Notes: generated by a model from the letters alone, not told the origin. 64,000 bases of DNA from Ignisphaera sp. (GCA_038892955.1 JAWASI010000001.1:48841-112840), one strand, 5' to 3'; numbered from the stretch's first letter, positions 28,679-40,605 are shown. Numbers and translations are program-made.

Positions 28679-29863
28679 GTGGTTAATATGGATACAAAGC
28701 TGATTTTAACGAATGAAATCTTGGATATAGCATTGGGTATGTATGTATACACATACCCTGTAATAGGCAAGGGAATGGCAGATGTCTATGTACTGAGACC
28801 TTATGGATTCCAAGTTTACGAGATAGTCAATGGAGTAGATTTAGAGAACTTAGATCTAGATAACTTTACAGGATTTAACACAGATTACTGTAGCGATAGC
28901 AATAAGTATGTGTATGTAGTCGAGAAGATGAATTTTGATAGTTATACTCTTTGCAGATTGATGCAAAAGGTTCTTAAATGTAAGTCCTGCGAAGTATTAG
29001 GCCTTAAAGATGTTAAGGCTATAACCCGTCAAGTAGTTGTATTAAGTGTATGCTCTAAACCAAATAAAGTTATGAACATGCAATACAGAAGGAGATATAT
29101 AAAAGCTTTCTTGTGGTACTGTAATCCAGGTATTATAATACATAACGGTAATAAGTTTCGTGTAAAAATAATTACAAAAGATCTGGACTTAATCAAAAAG
29201 AATTTGAAGTTCGTTCAAGAGTACAATTATATCTTCCTTAACTTCTTCGGATATCAACGTTTTGGCACACGAAGACCTATAACACATTTACTCGGAAAAT
29301 TACTCTTAAAAAATGAATTAGACTTGTTTATGGAAATTCTATGTAATCTTAGAACTGGTAAAATAATAGAAAAACTTGAGGGAATAGTGTGCAAAAATTG
29401 GTTTGATCATAATGATGCTCTGAAATCAGTAAAAAATATTCCTAAGAACTACATACTACTATACATAAATGCATATCAAGCATACCTATTCAATTTAATG
29501 CTCTCAAAGTTATGGCTAAAGCTTCTTGAACTATACGGGTTTAAGGAAGCTTTTAAGAAGATGATTAACGAGTATAGGTATTTACCTATTGTTGGAAGTA
29601 AATTCCATGTTAATCATAAGCCCGTAAGAGAAGTACTAGATGATATCATGAGCATTGAGGATATAGATCCTAGCTATTTCCATGTTAAGATCTTAGCATT
29701 AGAGGTTAAGGGAGATATAAGGCAGGCATTAGCTCAAGCGCAAAATGTTAAAACTTATTTTGATTACGAAGGATTAGAGCTATCTTTTGTATTGGATAGA
29801 GGATGTTATGCAACATCTTTTATTCGTGAAATAATAAGAACTAATCCACTAAATTATACTTAG
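28679..29863 (+). CDS. truD: tRNA pseudouridine(13) synthase TruD
   Basis: GLKD..AITRQ, GNKF, NFFGYQRFG, RGCYATSFIRE. Confidence 0.9.
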   Translation: MVNMDTKLILTNEILDIALGMYVYTYPVIGKGMADVYVLRPYGFQVYEIVNGVDLENLDLDNFTGFNTDYCSDSNKYVYVVEKMNFDSYTLCRLMQKVLKCKSCEVLGLKDVKAITRQVVVLSVCSKPNKVMNMQYRRRYIKAFLWYCNPGIIIHNGNKFRVKIITKDLDLIKKNLKFVQEYNYIFLNFFGYQRFGTRRPITHLLGKLLLKNELDLFMEILCNLRTGKIIEKLEGIVCKNWFDHNDALKSVKNIPKNYILLYINAYQAYLFNLMLSKLWLKLLELYGFKEAFKKMINEYRYLPIVGSKFHVNHKPVREVLDDIMSIEDIDPSYFHVKILALEVKGDIRQALAQAQNVKTYFDYEGLELSFVLDRGCYATSFIREIIRTNPLNYT

Positions 29864-29895
29864 TATACTTGGAATAATTTATTTGAATAATTTAT

Positions 29896-31227
29896 TTACG
29901 GTGTCAGCCTCTTTTTATCTCTTGGAAATAGTGTTACCTCTTTTACGTTGTTCTTACCAGTCAATGGTAATAACAATCTTGCCAATCCCAATCCCCATCC
30001 AGCGTGGGGTGGCATCCCGTAGTCAAACCATCTTATGAAGTATTGAAAGCTTTCCTCGTTAAGTCCTCTGTTTTTTATTGACGCAATAAGCATTTCTTTA
30101 TCATGAATTCTGGTACTACCTGAAGCTAGTTCCAGATGCTGCCATACCAAGTCAAAGCTTTCGCTAATTTCAGGATCATCGTCTTTTGGTTTTGTGTAGA
30201 ATGCCCTAGTCTTTGTTGGAAACTCCACTATGAAGTAGAATGGAACTCCTATTTCTGATGCTAATACTCTAAGCTCAGGTGTACTAATGTCGTCGCCAAA
30301 CTTAAGCTCTATTTTTTTCCTTCTTAGGATATCTAAAGCCTCTAAATATGTTATTCTTGGGATTGGGAAAGAGACCTCCGGGAGTTGATGACCCAGGGTC
30401 TTTAGGTCTTCAGCGTTTTCTTTCTCAACAGCTTTAATTACAGCTTGTAGAACTTCTTCAAGCAAATTCATAACATCTCTATAATCCATAAAAGCAGCTT
30501 CTATATCAATGCTTATGAACTCAGATAAATGATATGGTGTATCGCTTTCTTCTGCTCTCCATGCAGGGCCTATTTCAAATACGCGTTCAAAAGCTGCTGC
30601 TAGGAGTTCTTTGTATAATTGCGGACTTTGAGCTAAGAATGCTTCTCGGCCAAAGTATATTACTGGGAATAAATTGGCACCTCCTTCAGTTGCTGTAGCT
30701 ATAATCTTTGGTGTAAAGACCTCTATAAAACCTTTAGATGTTAATATTTCGCGTATTTTTTTAATAACAGTATTTGTTATCCTTGCTATTGCCCTAGATT
30801 CAATTCTTCTTAGATCTAGTAAACGTTCTCTAAGTCTCGTATCTATGTCTGCTTTAACCTTGCCGCTTACATCTAGTGGTAATGGTGTTTTAGCTTTACT
30901 TATTATTCGAATTTCTGTTGGTATAACTTCTACTCCTCTAGGTGCTCGGAGGTCTTCTTTAACTATACCTTTAACTTTGATAACACTTTCGTAGGTAAGC
31001 TCTTCAGCCAACGTTATTAATTCGTCGGCGACCATACCTTTAGAAAGAGTTATTTGTATGAGACCACTACCATCTCTAAGTATGACGAATTTCTTTCCGC
31101 CTAGATCTCTTATTTGATGAACCCATCCAGCTAAAATAACTTCTTTTCCAGCTAGATCTCTTGATACTTCAATGCATTGATGTGTTTTATACTTTGTTTG
31201 CATATGTGGTGGCACCTCTATAGGCAT
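29896..31227 (-). CDS. aspS: Aspartyl-tRNA synthetase (probably non-discriminating)
   Basis: OB fold, [26 protein letters not shown]. Confidence 0.96.
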   Translation of the reverse strand: MPIEVPPHMQTKYKTHQCIEVSRDLAGKEVILAGWVHQIRDLGGKKFVILRDGSGLIQITLSKGMVADELITLAEELTYESVIKVKGIVKEDLRAPRGVEVIPTEIRIISKAKTPLPLDVSGKVKADIDTRLRERLLDLRRIESRAIARITNTVIKKIREILTSKGFIEVFTPKIIATATEGGANLFPVIYFGREAFLAQSPQLYKELLAAAFERVFEIGPAWRAEESDTPYHLSEFISIDIEAAFMDYRDVMNLLEEVLQAVIKAVEKENAEDLKTLGHQLPEVSFPIPRITYLEALDILRRKKIELKFGDDISTPELRVLASEIGVPFYFIVEFPTKTRAFYTKPKDDDPEISESFDLVWQHLELASGSTRIHDKEMLIASIKNRGLNEESFQYFIRWFDYGMPPHAGWGLGLARLLLPLTGKNNVKEVTLFPRDKKRLTP

Positions 31228-31422
31228 TGCATTGGTTCAAGGCACCTAATATACTTTTTTAGTCCGGTATATCCGTGAATTGAAGTGAAGCCTAAGTTAT
31301 AACTTTACATCATTATAGTGTACATTGTCTCTGTTAATTTTAACGGTTGAATATTCAGATACTGTGCACCTTAAGCTTAAATTTGTATTCGACTAATATG
31401 TAAGGTTGTATGGCGGGATAGA

Positions 31423-32367
31423 ATGTTTGTTGATAGTCTACGTGGTAAAGATTTCATATCTATTCTGGATTGTACCAGGGAAGAACTAGAGCATATAATA
31501 GGTCTTGCATTTGAGTTAAAGAATAGATACTATCAAGGAGAAAAAGTTATACCAGTGTTATCTGGCAAGATATTGGCATTAATATTTGAGAAACCTAGCA
31601 CACGCACACGTGTAAGTTTGCAAGTCGCTATGCAACAACTTGGAGGAACTTCTCTTTATCTATCTTCTCAAGAACTACAGTTAGCAAGAGGAGAACCGAT
31701 AAAGGATACGGCAAGGGTTTTAGATAAATACGTAGACGGCATTGCTGCTCGAGTCTATAAACACTCTACTTTGGTAGAGCTTGCAAATTATTCACAAAAA
31801 CCTGTTATAAATGCTCTTAGTGATTTCGAGCATCCTTTGCAAGCTCTGGCGGACATTATGACTATAATAGAGATTAAGAAAACCTTGAAACAGCTTAAGA
31901 TAGCATTTGTTGGAGATGGTGGTGACAATGTATTACACAGCATTATCTTAGCTATAGCAATGCTTGGAGGAAAACTATATATTGCTACACCTCAAGGATA
32001 CGATCCTAATGCATATATACTAAGGATTGCCAACGAATTTTCAGCTCGTAGCAATGCAGAAATAGTTATTGTTAGAGACCCCGTTGAAGCGGTTAAAGAT
32101 TCTGATGTTGTGTATACAGATGTTTGGGTTAGCATGGGTCAGGAGATGGAAAGAGAGAAAAGGTTAAGAGATTTAAAACCGTATCAAGTAAATGCTGACC
32201 TTGTTAAATATGCTAAGAAAGACTACATATTTATGCATTGCTTACCTGCACACAGAGGCGAAGAAGTTACTGATGATGTTATTGAATCGCCGAACTCTGT
32301 TGTTTGGCTTCAAGCTGAGAATAGACTACATACAGCAAAAGCTGTTTTAGCATCAATACTAAGATGA
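31423..32367 (+). CDS. argF: Ornithine carbamoyltransferase
   Basis: KPSTRT, HPLQ, SMG, HCLP. Confidence 0.95.
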   Translation: MFVDSLRGKDFISILDCTREELEHIIGLAFELKNRYYQGEKVIPVLSGKILALIFEKPSTRTRVSLQVAMQQLGGTSLYLSSQELQLARGEPIKDTARVLDKYVDGIAARVYKHSTLVELANYSQKPVINALSDFEHPLQALADIMTIIEIKKTLKQLKIAFVGDGGDNVLHSIILAIAMLGGKLYIATPQGYDPNAYILRIANEFSARSNAEIVIVRDPVEAVKDSDVVYTDVWVSMGQEMEREKRLRDLKPYQVNADLVKYAKKDYIFMHCLPAHRGEEVTDDVIESPNSVVWLQAENRLHTAKAVLASILR

Positions 32368-33042
32368 TGATTTTGATCTCTTACGTGTTTTTCTTTTCTT
32401 CTTTTTCTTTTTACTACTTTTACGCTTCTTCTTTCTTGTGGTAGCAGTCTTTGTAGTTGTGGTAGATAATGATATCCGTGGCACATTATCAAGTCTTAGA
32501 AATATTATACCTCTATCAGTTTCTAGTACTAAGGCATCAGCTTTCGATGGGTCTATAACATTTATCGGATTGAAGAATACGTATAGTTCATCGTTTGATA
32601 GATCTTGAATTATATTTGCTGAAATATTATTTTGCTGGTTTGTTATTAAATGTGGATTCTCCTCTTCTTGAGATGCTGATGTATTTAGCATTGATTCGTG
32701 TGACTTAAGTTTTTGAATTACATAGATACGTTTAATGCGCGAGATATAGGGGAAATCAATAAAATAATTTAATTTGTCGGATGAATGCAGCGCTTCAATT
32801 ATTGTACCATTAACTTTTACTGTAGCTCTAACCACAGGATAACCTTTAGAAGATGAAATATTAGAAAGCCACGAAATGAAAAAATCTTCGTTCTTTTGAA
32901 AATTATCTAAAATGTCTTTGGGTTCATAGAGAATTTCTGTGGATGCTTTCCTATATAGCGTGATAGTTACAATATCATTTAAGCGTATTTCATGTGGTAT
33001 ATAGAACTCAACTTCTATTCCTTGTGGTTCATTATTAGTCAT
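32359..33042 (-). CDS. Hypothetical protein with Lys/Arg/Ser-rich C-terminal tail
   Basis: Translationally coupled to the upstream gene; tail [25 protein letters not shown]. Confidence 0.65.
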   Translation of the reverse strand: MTNNEPQGIEVEFYIPHEIRLNDIVTITLYRKASTEILYEPKDILDNFQKNEDFFISWLSNISSSKGYPVVRATVKVNGTIIEALHSSDKLNYFIDFPYISRIKRIYVIQKLKSHESMLNTSASQEEENPHLITNQQNNISANIIQDLSNDELYVFFNPINVIDPSKADALVLETDRGIIFLRLDNVPRISLSTTTTKTATTRKKKRKSSKKKKKKRKTRKRSKSSS

Positions 33043-33530
33043 TTCTTATACCCAATTCTTCTTAAAAATTCGTGCCGTTCTTTCTTATCTTCTTCTCTTT
33101 CAATTCCTAGGGGTGTATACCCGTCAACAATTCCAATAATACCTCTACCTTGGTTGGTAGTGACCACTATTATTTGGAGAGGATTCCCTGTAGCAGCATA
33201 TATTTGCACAACTTCTTGAACATGCTTCAATCTATTCAATATATTTATAGGCCAGGCATTTCTTATATATAGTACAAATGTATGACCTGCACCGATTTTT
33301 TTAGCTACTTCTATAGCTAATCTAGTTAGCTCTTCGTCATTACCTTCGTACCTTACTAACCTTTTACCGCTAGCTTCATTGAATGCTAATCCGAATTTGA
33401 TACCGGGTACACTAGTGACTAGGGCTTCATAAATATCTTCTACAGTCTTTATGAAGTGACTATGACCTATAATTACGTTACATCCTTGTGGTATCGGGAT
33501 ATCGATGACTTCAAAAGATACTTGCGTCAT
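33039..33530 (-). CDS. Adenosine-specific kinase / DUF355 family
   Basis: [30 protein letters not shown]. Confidence 0.9.
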   Translation of the reverse strand: MTQVSFEVIDIPIPQGCNVIIGHSHFIKTVEDIYEALVTSVPGIKFGLAFNEASGKRLVRYEGNDEELTRLAIEVAKKIGAGHTFVLYIRNAWPINILNRLKHVQEVVQIYAATGNPLQIIVVTTNQGRGIIGIVDGYTPLGIEREEDKKERHEFLRRIGYKK

Positions 33531-33656
33531 GAATTTACCCCGTAGGCTATTAAATCTATTGTAGCGAGTTTATATACATTAGATGTTATTCTAAGAGAGT
33601 AGTGATAAAGTGATGCTTATATAGTTGTAGTTCACGGTTTGTTATCTCAGATATAG

Positions 33657-33902
33657 GTGATGACAATGTATTCGCAAATATGCATCGACTTAACATCTAA
33701 GTGCGTCTATGTTGCCGTGTTTGATGATGAAGGAAAGAAAGTAAAGGAATTCAATGATTGCAACATTGAGTCTATGGAAATCTCAGGTATAGTGAGGTTA
33801 ACATTTAGCGAACATATAATAAAGGACATCTTATGCTTGGTGCTAGAGTCCTTAAACATTACATTCGAACTTAAAGGTTCTACACTTAAGATTAAAGCAT
33901 GA
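33657..33902 (+). CDS. Hypothetical protein
   Basis: ORF with AGGTGA SD; fills the gap between neighbours. Confidence 0.6.
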   Translation: MMTMYSQICIDLTSKCVYVAVFDDEGKKVKEFNDCNIESMEISGIVRLTFSEHIIKDILCLVLESLNITFELKGSTLKIKA

Positions 33903-34005
33903 TAATCTATGTTTTACTAATGCTCAACATAGTGTAAACTTATACGTTTTGCAGATATAGTAAATAGCTAGCGTAGTACAGTAAACTTAGGTAGGTAAAC
34001 TTAGA

Positions 34006-34302
34006 ATGTCTGATGACGATATAATGCGAAAGCTGGCTCTGTACATTGATAAAAAGCTATATGAAATAATACAAGGATTAAGTGAAGAAGAAAAGAAAGT
34101 CCTAAGATACTTTATACAGAATATCTCTGTTGGAGGTATAATAGCGTTAAGAGAGCTGAAAGCTTTATACAAAGTTCAAGACCCTAAAACCGTCATTAGG
34201 AATCTTATAGACAAGGGCTTGCTTGAGCAAGGATTTGGATGTTATAATCTTGCTAAATCGCTACGAGAGGCTCTATTTAAGTTAATTCAAGATCGTATTT
34301 AG
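34006..34302 (+). CDS. PolB1-binding protein 2 (PBP2)-like winged helix
   Basis: YF..NISVG.I.A..EL......P..VI..LI.KGL.E.G.GCYNL matches my recollection of Sulfolobales PBP2. Confidence 0.75.
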   Translation: MSDDDIMRKLALYIDKKLYEIIQGLSEEEKKVLRYFIQNISVGGIIALRELKALYKVQDPKTVIRNLIDKGLLEQGFGCYNLAKSLREALFKLIQDRI

Positions 34303-34338
34303 TTGCACTAATGTTCTAGTTCTACATATAATTTTAGT

Positions 34339-34671
34339 TTAAGCTCGTGAAAGTGTCATAACTATACTATTCAGTTTATCCATAATACATATATCAATAC
34401 ATTCTCCATAACAATCTCCCTTTACTACTCCGTTCCCATCTTTACAGTTAATATTACATTCTCTTTCACAGCCAATAATATTAGGTTCTAAAACAATATA
34501 TTTATTTAATCTACGAACATTGAAAAAATGGATAATACCGGCAGTTCTTAGGTTTTCTAAAAGTTCTTTATCTTCATTGCTGATTATAACGAATCCATAC
34601 AGTTTAAGAGACTCAAGTATTCCATCTAATTTACCCATGTATAATACCTCATAAAATTGTTTTATTATCAT
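34339..34671 (-). CDS. Hypothetical Cys-rich protein
   Basis: CxxxCxxxC...CxxxCxxxC. Likely start at MGKLD (GAGGT SD). Confidence 0.55.
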   Translation of the reverse strand: MIIKQFYEVLYMGKLDGILESLKLYGFVIISNEDKELLENLRTAGIIHFFNVRRLNKYIVLEPNIIGCERECNINCKDGNGVVKGDCYGECIDICIMDKLNSIVMTLSRA

Positions 34672-34893
34672 TTCGTGTAAATATTTTTATCTTAGTTACC
34701 CTTTAAAGATTAAAATATTATGCAATACATTATTAGGTTATGTACATAAATTATGAAACCATATTTTTTAAACCTCTGGCATGTTAAGCTACATTGTTAA
34801 ATAGTGGGTTTATATAGGGTTTATTAATCCTGTCAATTGATTAATTATAGAAATATTTATAAATACTACTTGCATAAACTCTACTGACCTCAA

Positions 34894-35277
34894 ATGGTGT
34901 CGACAACATCAATACAAAAGAGGGTATTAGTTTATGGTAAACATGTAGTCGGGAATCTGTATGAATGTGAGCAAAATAAACTCATGGATGTGGCTTTCTT
35001 AGTAAATATTGTGAGGGAAGCCGCTACCGTAGGTAACATGGTGTTGCTAGAAGTAAAATCATGGAAAATAGGCTTAGGTGTCACAGTCTTTGGCATAGTT
35101 TTAGAAAGCCATATCTCCATTCATACTTGGCCAGAGTACTCCTTTGCTACAGCTGATGTATACACATGTGGTAGTCACACTGACCCAGAGAGAGCATTTA
35201 ATTTTATAGCAGAAAAGTTAGGAGCAAAACGAACTGAAAAACAAGTTTTCTTGAGAAATTACGAAGTGGAGATCTAA
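34894..35277 (+). CDS. speH: S-adenosylmethionine decarboxylase proenzyme
   Basis: LE|[23 protein letters not shown] resembles the crenarchaeal AdoMetDC paralogue rather than ArgDC. Confidence 0.85.
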   Translation: MVSTTSIQKRVLVYGKHVVGNLYECEQNKLMDVAFLVNIVREAATVGNMVLLEVKSWKIGLGVTVFGIVLESHISIHTWPEYSFATADVYTCGSHTDPERAFNFIAEKLGAKRTEKQVFLRNYEVEI

Positions 35278-35474
35278 TTAGAAAAAGAATAATTTTGAGT
35301 ATTTAATTTGCTGAATCTATGTTGACTATATGGAATATAAATTTACTTAGTTAACATCCATTAACGTGTATTAAGAAGTATACCAATAAGTTAAAAACAC
35401 CTTAATTACCTCATTATTCTATGTTAACAGCTTTAGTATATATATCCAAATCTACATCTTAACGGTGTTAGTTT

Positions 35475-36185
35475 ATGGAGTATCTAAATAAAGTTAAAAT
35501 ATTGGTGGTTTCAGCATCGCCTAGAAAATATGGTGCCGTAAGCTTTGTAAGGGAATTTGTAATTAAATTGTGTAAAGATATCGAAAAAGTTGATGCAGTA
35601 GCTATTGATGTATATGATTTTAATATAATGCCTTGTATCGGTTGTGTATCAGACAATGTTAAACTATGCAAACTTCCTTGCGTTATAGATGACGATATGA
35701 AGAAATTATACGAATATGTTATTCACAGTGATGGAATAATTTTTATCACACCAATATATTGGTACAATGTCCCAGGACCGTTGAAAAACTTTATAGATAG
35801 ATTAACTGTATTGGAAAATGCTATATTTACTGAGGGTAGAAGTAAGATGGAGGGCAAGGTAGCAGGGTTCATAGCAGTCGGTAGCGATGTTGGAGCAATG
35901 GCTGTAATACAAAATTTAATGGCTATAATGAACAGTTTTGGTGTAATAATACCACCGTGGGCTTTAGCATATCATGAATCAGAGAATGAACCCATCAGCA
36001 ACGAAAAATTCTTACTTGATGTAGCAAATGTGATAAGATGTGTTGTTCTTATGGCTAAGCTAGTTAAAGAAGGTAAAGAGGTTGACTATTGGTATAGAGC
36101 TGATGAAGAATACAAATTACTTATATTGTCTACCGCTAGAGAAATTTATACATCTATAGAGAACTCCCTATATATCAACGGCTAA
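35475..36185 (+). CDS. Flavodoxin-family / iron-sulfur flavoprotein
   Basis: SASPRKYG, CIGC...C..PC...DDM, TPIYW, LKNFIDR. Confidence 0.85.
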   Translation: MEYLNKVKILVVSASPRKYGAVSFVREFVIKLCKDIEKVDAVAIDVYDFNIMPCIGCVSDNVKLCKLPCVIDDDMKKLYEYVIHSDGIIFITPIYWYNVPGPLKNFIDRLTVLENAIFTEGRSKMEGKVAGFIAVGSDVGAMAVIQNLMAIMNSFGVIIPPWALAYHESENEPISNEKFLLDVANVIRCVVLMAKLVKEGKEVDYWYRADEEYKLLILSTAREIYTSIENSLYING

Positions 36186-36198
36186 ATTAATACTATGT

Positions 36199-36522
36199 TT
36201 ATGGCTGCTGAAGTTCTTGTTTTTGTTGAACAATTTTTGCTGGTTTGGTCTTCTTTGTACTAATAAGAGTGAATATCCTTTCTACAAACTTCTTTAGGTT
36301 ATCGACATTATGTTGATGTACACTACGTCTTCTGTAATCTAAAGGTATATTAAATTGTTTTGCTAATTGTATAGTAAGACCGGCTTGTTTTATCTCACCT
36401 ATACTAAATCCTCTACCAATTCTATGAGATACAACGATTCCCCTCTCCTTAATGATTTTAGGTGATTTTACTATAGGGGGTGGAATTTCAACTATTACTA
36501 CATCTTCGTTCTCCATCGTCAC
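36199..36522 (-). CDS. rpl13e: 50S ribosomal protein L13e
   Basis: RIGRGFSIGEI..AGL...LDYRRRS.H..NV. Confidence 0.9.
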   Translation of the reverse strand: MTMENEDVVIVEIPPPIVKSPKIIKERGIVVSHRIGRGFSIGEIKQAGLTIQLAKQFNIPLDYRRRSVHQHNVDNLKKFVERIFTLISTKKTKPAKIVQQKQELQQP

Positions 36523-36574
36523 ACCAACCTCAAGTCTTACCTAGGTTTAGCTTATAAGCAATCTACAATATTGT

Positions 36575-37606
36575 TTAAAATTTTAACGGTATATCGTGCT
36601 CGAATAATTTATGAGCTTTAGACCAAATAATCCGCAAATTTACACCATCCATTTTTCCTCCGAATTGTTTAGCTATACTGTCTAAGTTTATTTCGATATC
36701 TTCATCAGTATTCGGCTTAAGGGGTGCTAGCTGTATTCTTCGTAAAGGTACTCCGTAACGTAATATCAAGAGGTTAAGGTTATCGCAAGCACTATTACCT
36801 GTGTTTTTAAGTTTAATCTTTATCCAGGGATATTGGATATGCAATTCTTCAATAGTAATTAACGGATATTCTGCATATCTTAAAGCTATACATGAGAATA
36901 AATATCTTACGTTATGTAAGGGATTAGTACGTAGATGTATTGGACCTGAATAAGCTTTATCGAATATTGCTTCGACAACGTTATATCCTCTTAGTACATC
37001 AAATCTCTTTATAAAGTTGTTCTCCGTTTTTATCTCTAACCAACTAGGTGAAGAAGCTATTAGGCCTAAGCTTAAGTTCGTTTCATTAGCTTCAAATGAT
37101 GGATTTAAACTATAATACCTTGTGATATCATCGTCTATAGTGAGAGGGTCTATTTCGCATGTAATACATGTATGGAAGCCTTTATATCGCATTACAGCTA
37201 ATAACGTAGCACCATCAAGGCTTAAGTGACCCTTAGCAGAACAAGCAATTCTTATAGATACATCGTTCTTAGTCATAACCTTAGATACATCATACACAAG
37301 TATTGATTGTATATAATATTCGTTTATAGGTTTCTCTATATGCGGTTTTAACTCACGCGTTAGTATCACATCATTGAATGAGATTTTCCACTTTATAACA
37401 TCTATTTTGGTTGATCTTGTGAAAACAAGCATTAGGTATGCAGCTGTTATGTCTGTTGTAGGTAAGGATACCTTAGACTCAATAGAAGCTCTATCTTTGC
37501 TATTATTACACAGAACCTTGTCTTCAATTAGATTGTATAGATGATGTACCGCGTTTGTGTGTTCGTTTGTAATTGTTACAGCCATATACATCACTACACA
37601 AAACAA
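36575..37606 (-). CDS. Hypothetical protein with C-terminal CARDB/Ig-like domain
   Basis: Long ORF; IKLKNTGNS...LKP motif. Confidence 0.6.
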   Translation of the reverse strand: MFCVVMYMAVTITNEHTNAVHHLYNLIEDKVLCNNSKDRASIESKVSLPTTDITAAYLMLVFTRSTKIDVIKWKISFNDVILTRELKPHIEKPINEYYIQSILVYDVSKVMTKNDVSIRIACSAKGHLSLDGATLLAVMRYKGFHTCITCEIDPLTIDDDITRYYSLNPSFEANETNLSLGLIASSPSWLEIKTENNFIKRFDVLRGYNVVEAIFDKAYSGPIHLRTNPLHNVRYLFSCIALRYAEYPLITIEELHIQYPWIKIKLKNTGNSACDNLNLLILRYGVPLRRIQLAPLKPNTDEDIEINLDSIAKQFGGKMDGVNLRIIWSKAHKLFEHDIPLKF

Positions 37607-37680
37607 TACACTAATTTATACGTAATTTAGTTTTGTATTCCTAGTACTTAAGGTTATAACATGTTTAGACCTAGGCTTCC

Positions 37681-38676
37681 TCAGCCTTCATTATTATCAT
37701 TCGTGATAGTTGTGAAGTTTTTGTTGTATCTAATAAGTTCGATAAGTTCACAGAATTTACATATATTTCTATTGGGTGACGTTGGTTCACCGCATAATTT
37801 GCAGGAAGGTAGAGATACTTCTTGTATATTGATTATGTGTTCAACTAGAGTATCCAGAAACTCTAAAAGTCTTAATTGTATTCCTGGACTTATTTTCTCT
37901 ACCTCGTTTAACATCTCACGTACTTTAACCCTAAGTGTAGGCTCAGCCTCTATATAGGGACACTCAAATTCTTGGAATGGATATTTAAGTAAGTATGCGT
38001 AAAAACTCGTTTCATATTCATATAAGCTACGCATAGGTTTAATTCTCTTAATCAACTTTGGGCTATGAGTTCTACTTAGCGGATGTAACTGTATAAGCCG
38101 TACTACGTCTCCACGAAGAATGTTTATAACATAAGTTTGAACCTCATCATCTAAATTGTGTCCCGTAGCAACCTTTGTTGCCCCTAATTCACGTGCATAG
38201 ATATTTAGGATTCTTCTACGTGCAATGCCGCAGTATGTGCAAGCAGATATTGATAGATTCGCATTTCTTTTGCGTGCAACATCGAAGTAACGCTTCATAA
38301 AATCATCTACACTATATCCCAGAACTTCTCTCATTGAAACATAAACACAATCTATTCCAAGACTCGAGCATAAAGTTTTAACTGAATAATATATTTCGTT
38401 ACGGCTGTATCCGGCAATACCCTCATCTATCGTTATGCCGATGATTTTGCCTTGTGGTAATATTTGGGCTAATATATAAAGCAGTACATAGCTATCCTTA
38501 CCGCCTGAAATGCCGATGGCAATGGTATCACCTGATGATATCATTGAATATCGCTTGATTTGATCTTTCACCCTAGTAAGAATATCATGTTCAAAACAGC
38601 TGTTACATATTTTTCTACCAATATGACGTTGAAAGAATACAGCGGGGTTTACTTTACACACATCGCAAAGCAACAT
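37681..38676 (-). CDS. tRNA 2-thiolation protein, TtuA/Ncs6 (TIGR00269) family
   Basis: SGGKDS PP-loop, CTYCGIARR, TGHNLDD, terminal Zn fingers. Confidence 0.9.
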   Translation of the reverse strand: MLLCDVCKVNPAVFFQRHIGRKICNSCFEHDILTRVKDQIKRYSMISSGDTIAIGISGGKDSYVLLYILAQILPQGKIIGITIDEGIAGYSRNEIYYSVKTLCSSLGIDCVYVSMREVLGYSVDDFMKRYFDVARKRNANLSISACTYCGIARRRILNIYARELGATKVATGHNLDDEVQTYVINILRGDVVRLIQLHPLSRTHSPKLIKRIKPMRSLYEYETSFYAYLLKYPFQEFECPYIEAEPTLRVKVREMLNEVEKISPGIQLRLLEFLDTLVEHIINIQEVSLPSCKLCGEPTSPNRNICKFCELIELIRYNKNFTTITNDNNEG

Positions 38677-38818
38677 TTCTATAGCCCTTTATTGTTTTCC
38701 TAACATCATCGGTTGCTTAACATGGGCTTAATCTTAACAATATTTACAGGACTTTTATCTGTATTACACTTAAGATGCACTACTAAGGTTATTAAAAGTA
38801 TTGAGATAAGCACTTCAT

Positions 38819-39085
38819 TTACTTACTCAAAGCGTGGATTTCATCTATACTTGTTATCACTATATTGAATTCACTAAGCATTTTTGATAGATGTTCATAA
38901 TCTAAGTTGTCTCCTTCTAAGGTTAATAACAATGTTTGAGCTCTAGATGAAATCTTTTTAAACTTAATAGCAACAGATTTTACATTACTTAATTCAGTTA
39001 AATGTTTAATTAGTTTAATTGCGTCTATTGAGCCCACAGGTCTAGATACTTCAAGTACTAACTTTACTATTCTCAAGTGTATCAC
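38819..39085 (-). CDS. DUF211-like protein
   Basis: IVKLVLEVSRP...LEGDNLDY...SIDEI. Confidence 0.65.
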   Translation of the reverse strand: MIHLRIVKLVLEVSRPVGSIDAIKLIKHLTELSNVKSVAIKFKKISSRAQTLLLTLEGDNLDYEHLSKMLSEFNIVITSIDEIHALSK

Positions 39086-39456
39086 CTATTACAGTATGTT
39101 ATTATACGACTTAAATTAATTTTATTCCATGTAGAGTTAGATAAATCACATATTTCTAAACACAGTATTACTTAAAGTTCTACTGTTTAGTTGTATCTAG
39201 TATTATTGGTAAACTATATGAGTTCCTACAATTTCGAGAATAATTCTAAAGCTTAGTAGTATTTAACTTGCAATTTTATATCAGATTTAGATAATATGTT
39301 TAGATAATACATTAGTATTACACTTATATTACTTAAATTCTGTGGGAAATTTTAATCGATCATAATGCTTTCAGTATATAATTTGAATTCATTAAAAGTA
39401 TAATAGAATAGCACTCAAGCAAATCCTAATCTTAAAAGCCATAGGTTATAAAAGCT

Positions 39457-40131
39457 ATGAACCTCAGCCCTGTGGATGCAGCTGTTCTTGATGCATATCG
39501 TCGATATGGACAGAAACTCTACATAGTATTGTCTACAGCTATTAAGATTGCTAAGATAAATAAATTAAAAGGATTAAAATTACCTGGTGATTTTGAGTAT
39601 AGGAGTTTAATAGAAGAATTAGAAAAGCAAAATTTTAAGTATAACCCTTCTATGCTTCTTAGAATACTTGAAAGAGAGTACAACATAATAATGACCACTT
39701 ACAAAACTAATAATCAACATTGGTATAAGTTTAAAGATCTTGAAGAGATAGAAAGAGCTTTAAACAATTCGGTGGGGCTCTCCTTAGATATAGATGAACC
39801 CGGTATAGCAATGCTTAAGATACAGATTAAGAGCTTACAAATCAATTACTGGTCTAAGAAATTAAAACAGATGAGTATTAAAGATAAACTAAGCTCAGCT
39901 GATGTTAAGCTCTTTCAAAGATTTGCATTTAATGTATTACCAAAAATTGTGAAAATCTTACGTAAGGCGGAGGAATTTGAAGACCAATTTTATGCTGAAA
40001 TAAATCTATTAAAGGAGTTGATAAGTTTAGCAAGTATTGTAGCAGATAGAATAGACATTGATATGAGAGTTTCCGACACAATTGAATCAACCACCGAGCT
40101 TAATATTACAGACAAAAATAGTTTACATTAA
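39457..40131 (+). CDS. Hypothetical conserved crenarchaeal protein (wHTH-like N-terminus)
   Basis: GDFEYR...YNPSMLLRILEREY...TYKT.NQHWY. Confidence 0.65.
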   Translation: MNLSPVDAAVLDAYRRYGQKLYIVLSTAIKIAKINKLKGLKLPGDFEYRSLIEELEKQNFKYNPSMLLRILEREYNIIMTTYKTNNQHWYKFKDLEEIERALNNSVGLSLDIDEPGIAMLKIQIKSLQINYWSKKLKQMSIKDKLSSADVKLFQRFAFNVLPKIVKILRKAEEFEDQFYAEINLLKELISLASIVADRIDIDMRVSDTIESTTELNITDKNSLH

Positions 40132-40149
40132 CATTCCTTACGAGTTTGA

Positions 40150-40605
40150 TTATTTACGTATATAGCTATCTAGAGTTGTGTTTATTTTATTGTTAAGGTA
40201 AACTAGTAAGTCATCGGCTTGCTCTATAATTTCCTTATCTATACGTACTTTAGATGGAGAAACTTCTCTAATATGCGTTAATGGAATTGCTCTCCATGCT
40301 TGTAGTTCAGATATTTTGACGGCTACTAATGGCTCTCCTCCAGCTCTTCGTGCAAATTCCTTTATTTTCTCTATTTGATCTTTGCTTATGTATACATGAC
40401 TTAGTTTAGTTCTTTTTTTAACTTCGAATACGAAGATATGTCTATTCTTTATTGCAACGATATCTGGGTAAATACCTTTCTTAATTTTAGATCCGCTTGC
40501 TGGTCCTCTTAAAACTGCGAAACCTAGTTTCCATAATTTTACCACAAGTTCTCTTTCCGCGTTAGCACCTTTAGATTTCTTTCTATTGATATCTTTTTCG
40601 CCCAT
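40150..40605 (-). CDS. hjc: Holliday junction resolvase Hjc
   Basis: KGANAEREL, RGPASGS, PDIVA, FEVK, C-terminal TTLDSYI. Confidence 0.93.
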   Translation of the reverse strand: MGEKDINRKKSKGANAERELVVKLWKLGFAVLRGPASGSKIKKGIYPDIVAIKNRHIFVFEVKKRTKLSHVYISKDQIEKIKEFARRAGGEPLVAVKISELQAWRAIPLTHIREVSPSKVRIDKEIIEQADDLLVYLNNKINTTLDSYIRK

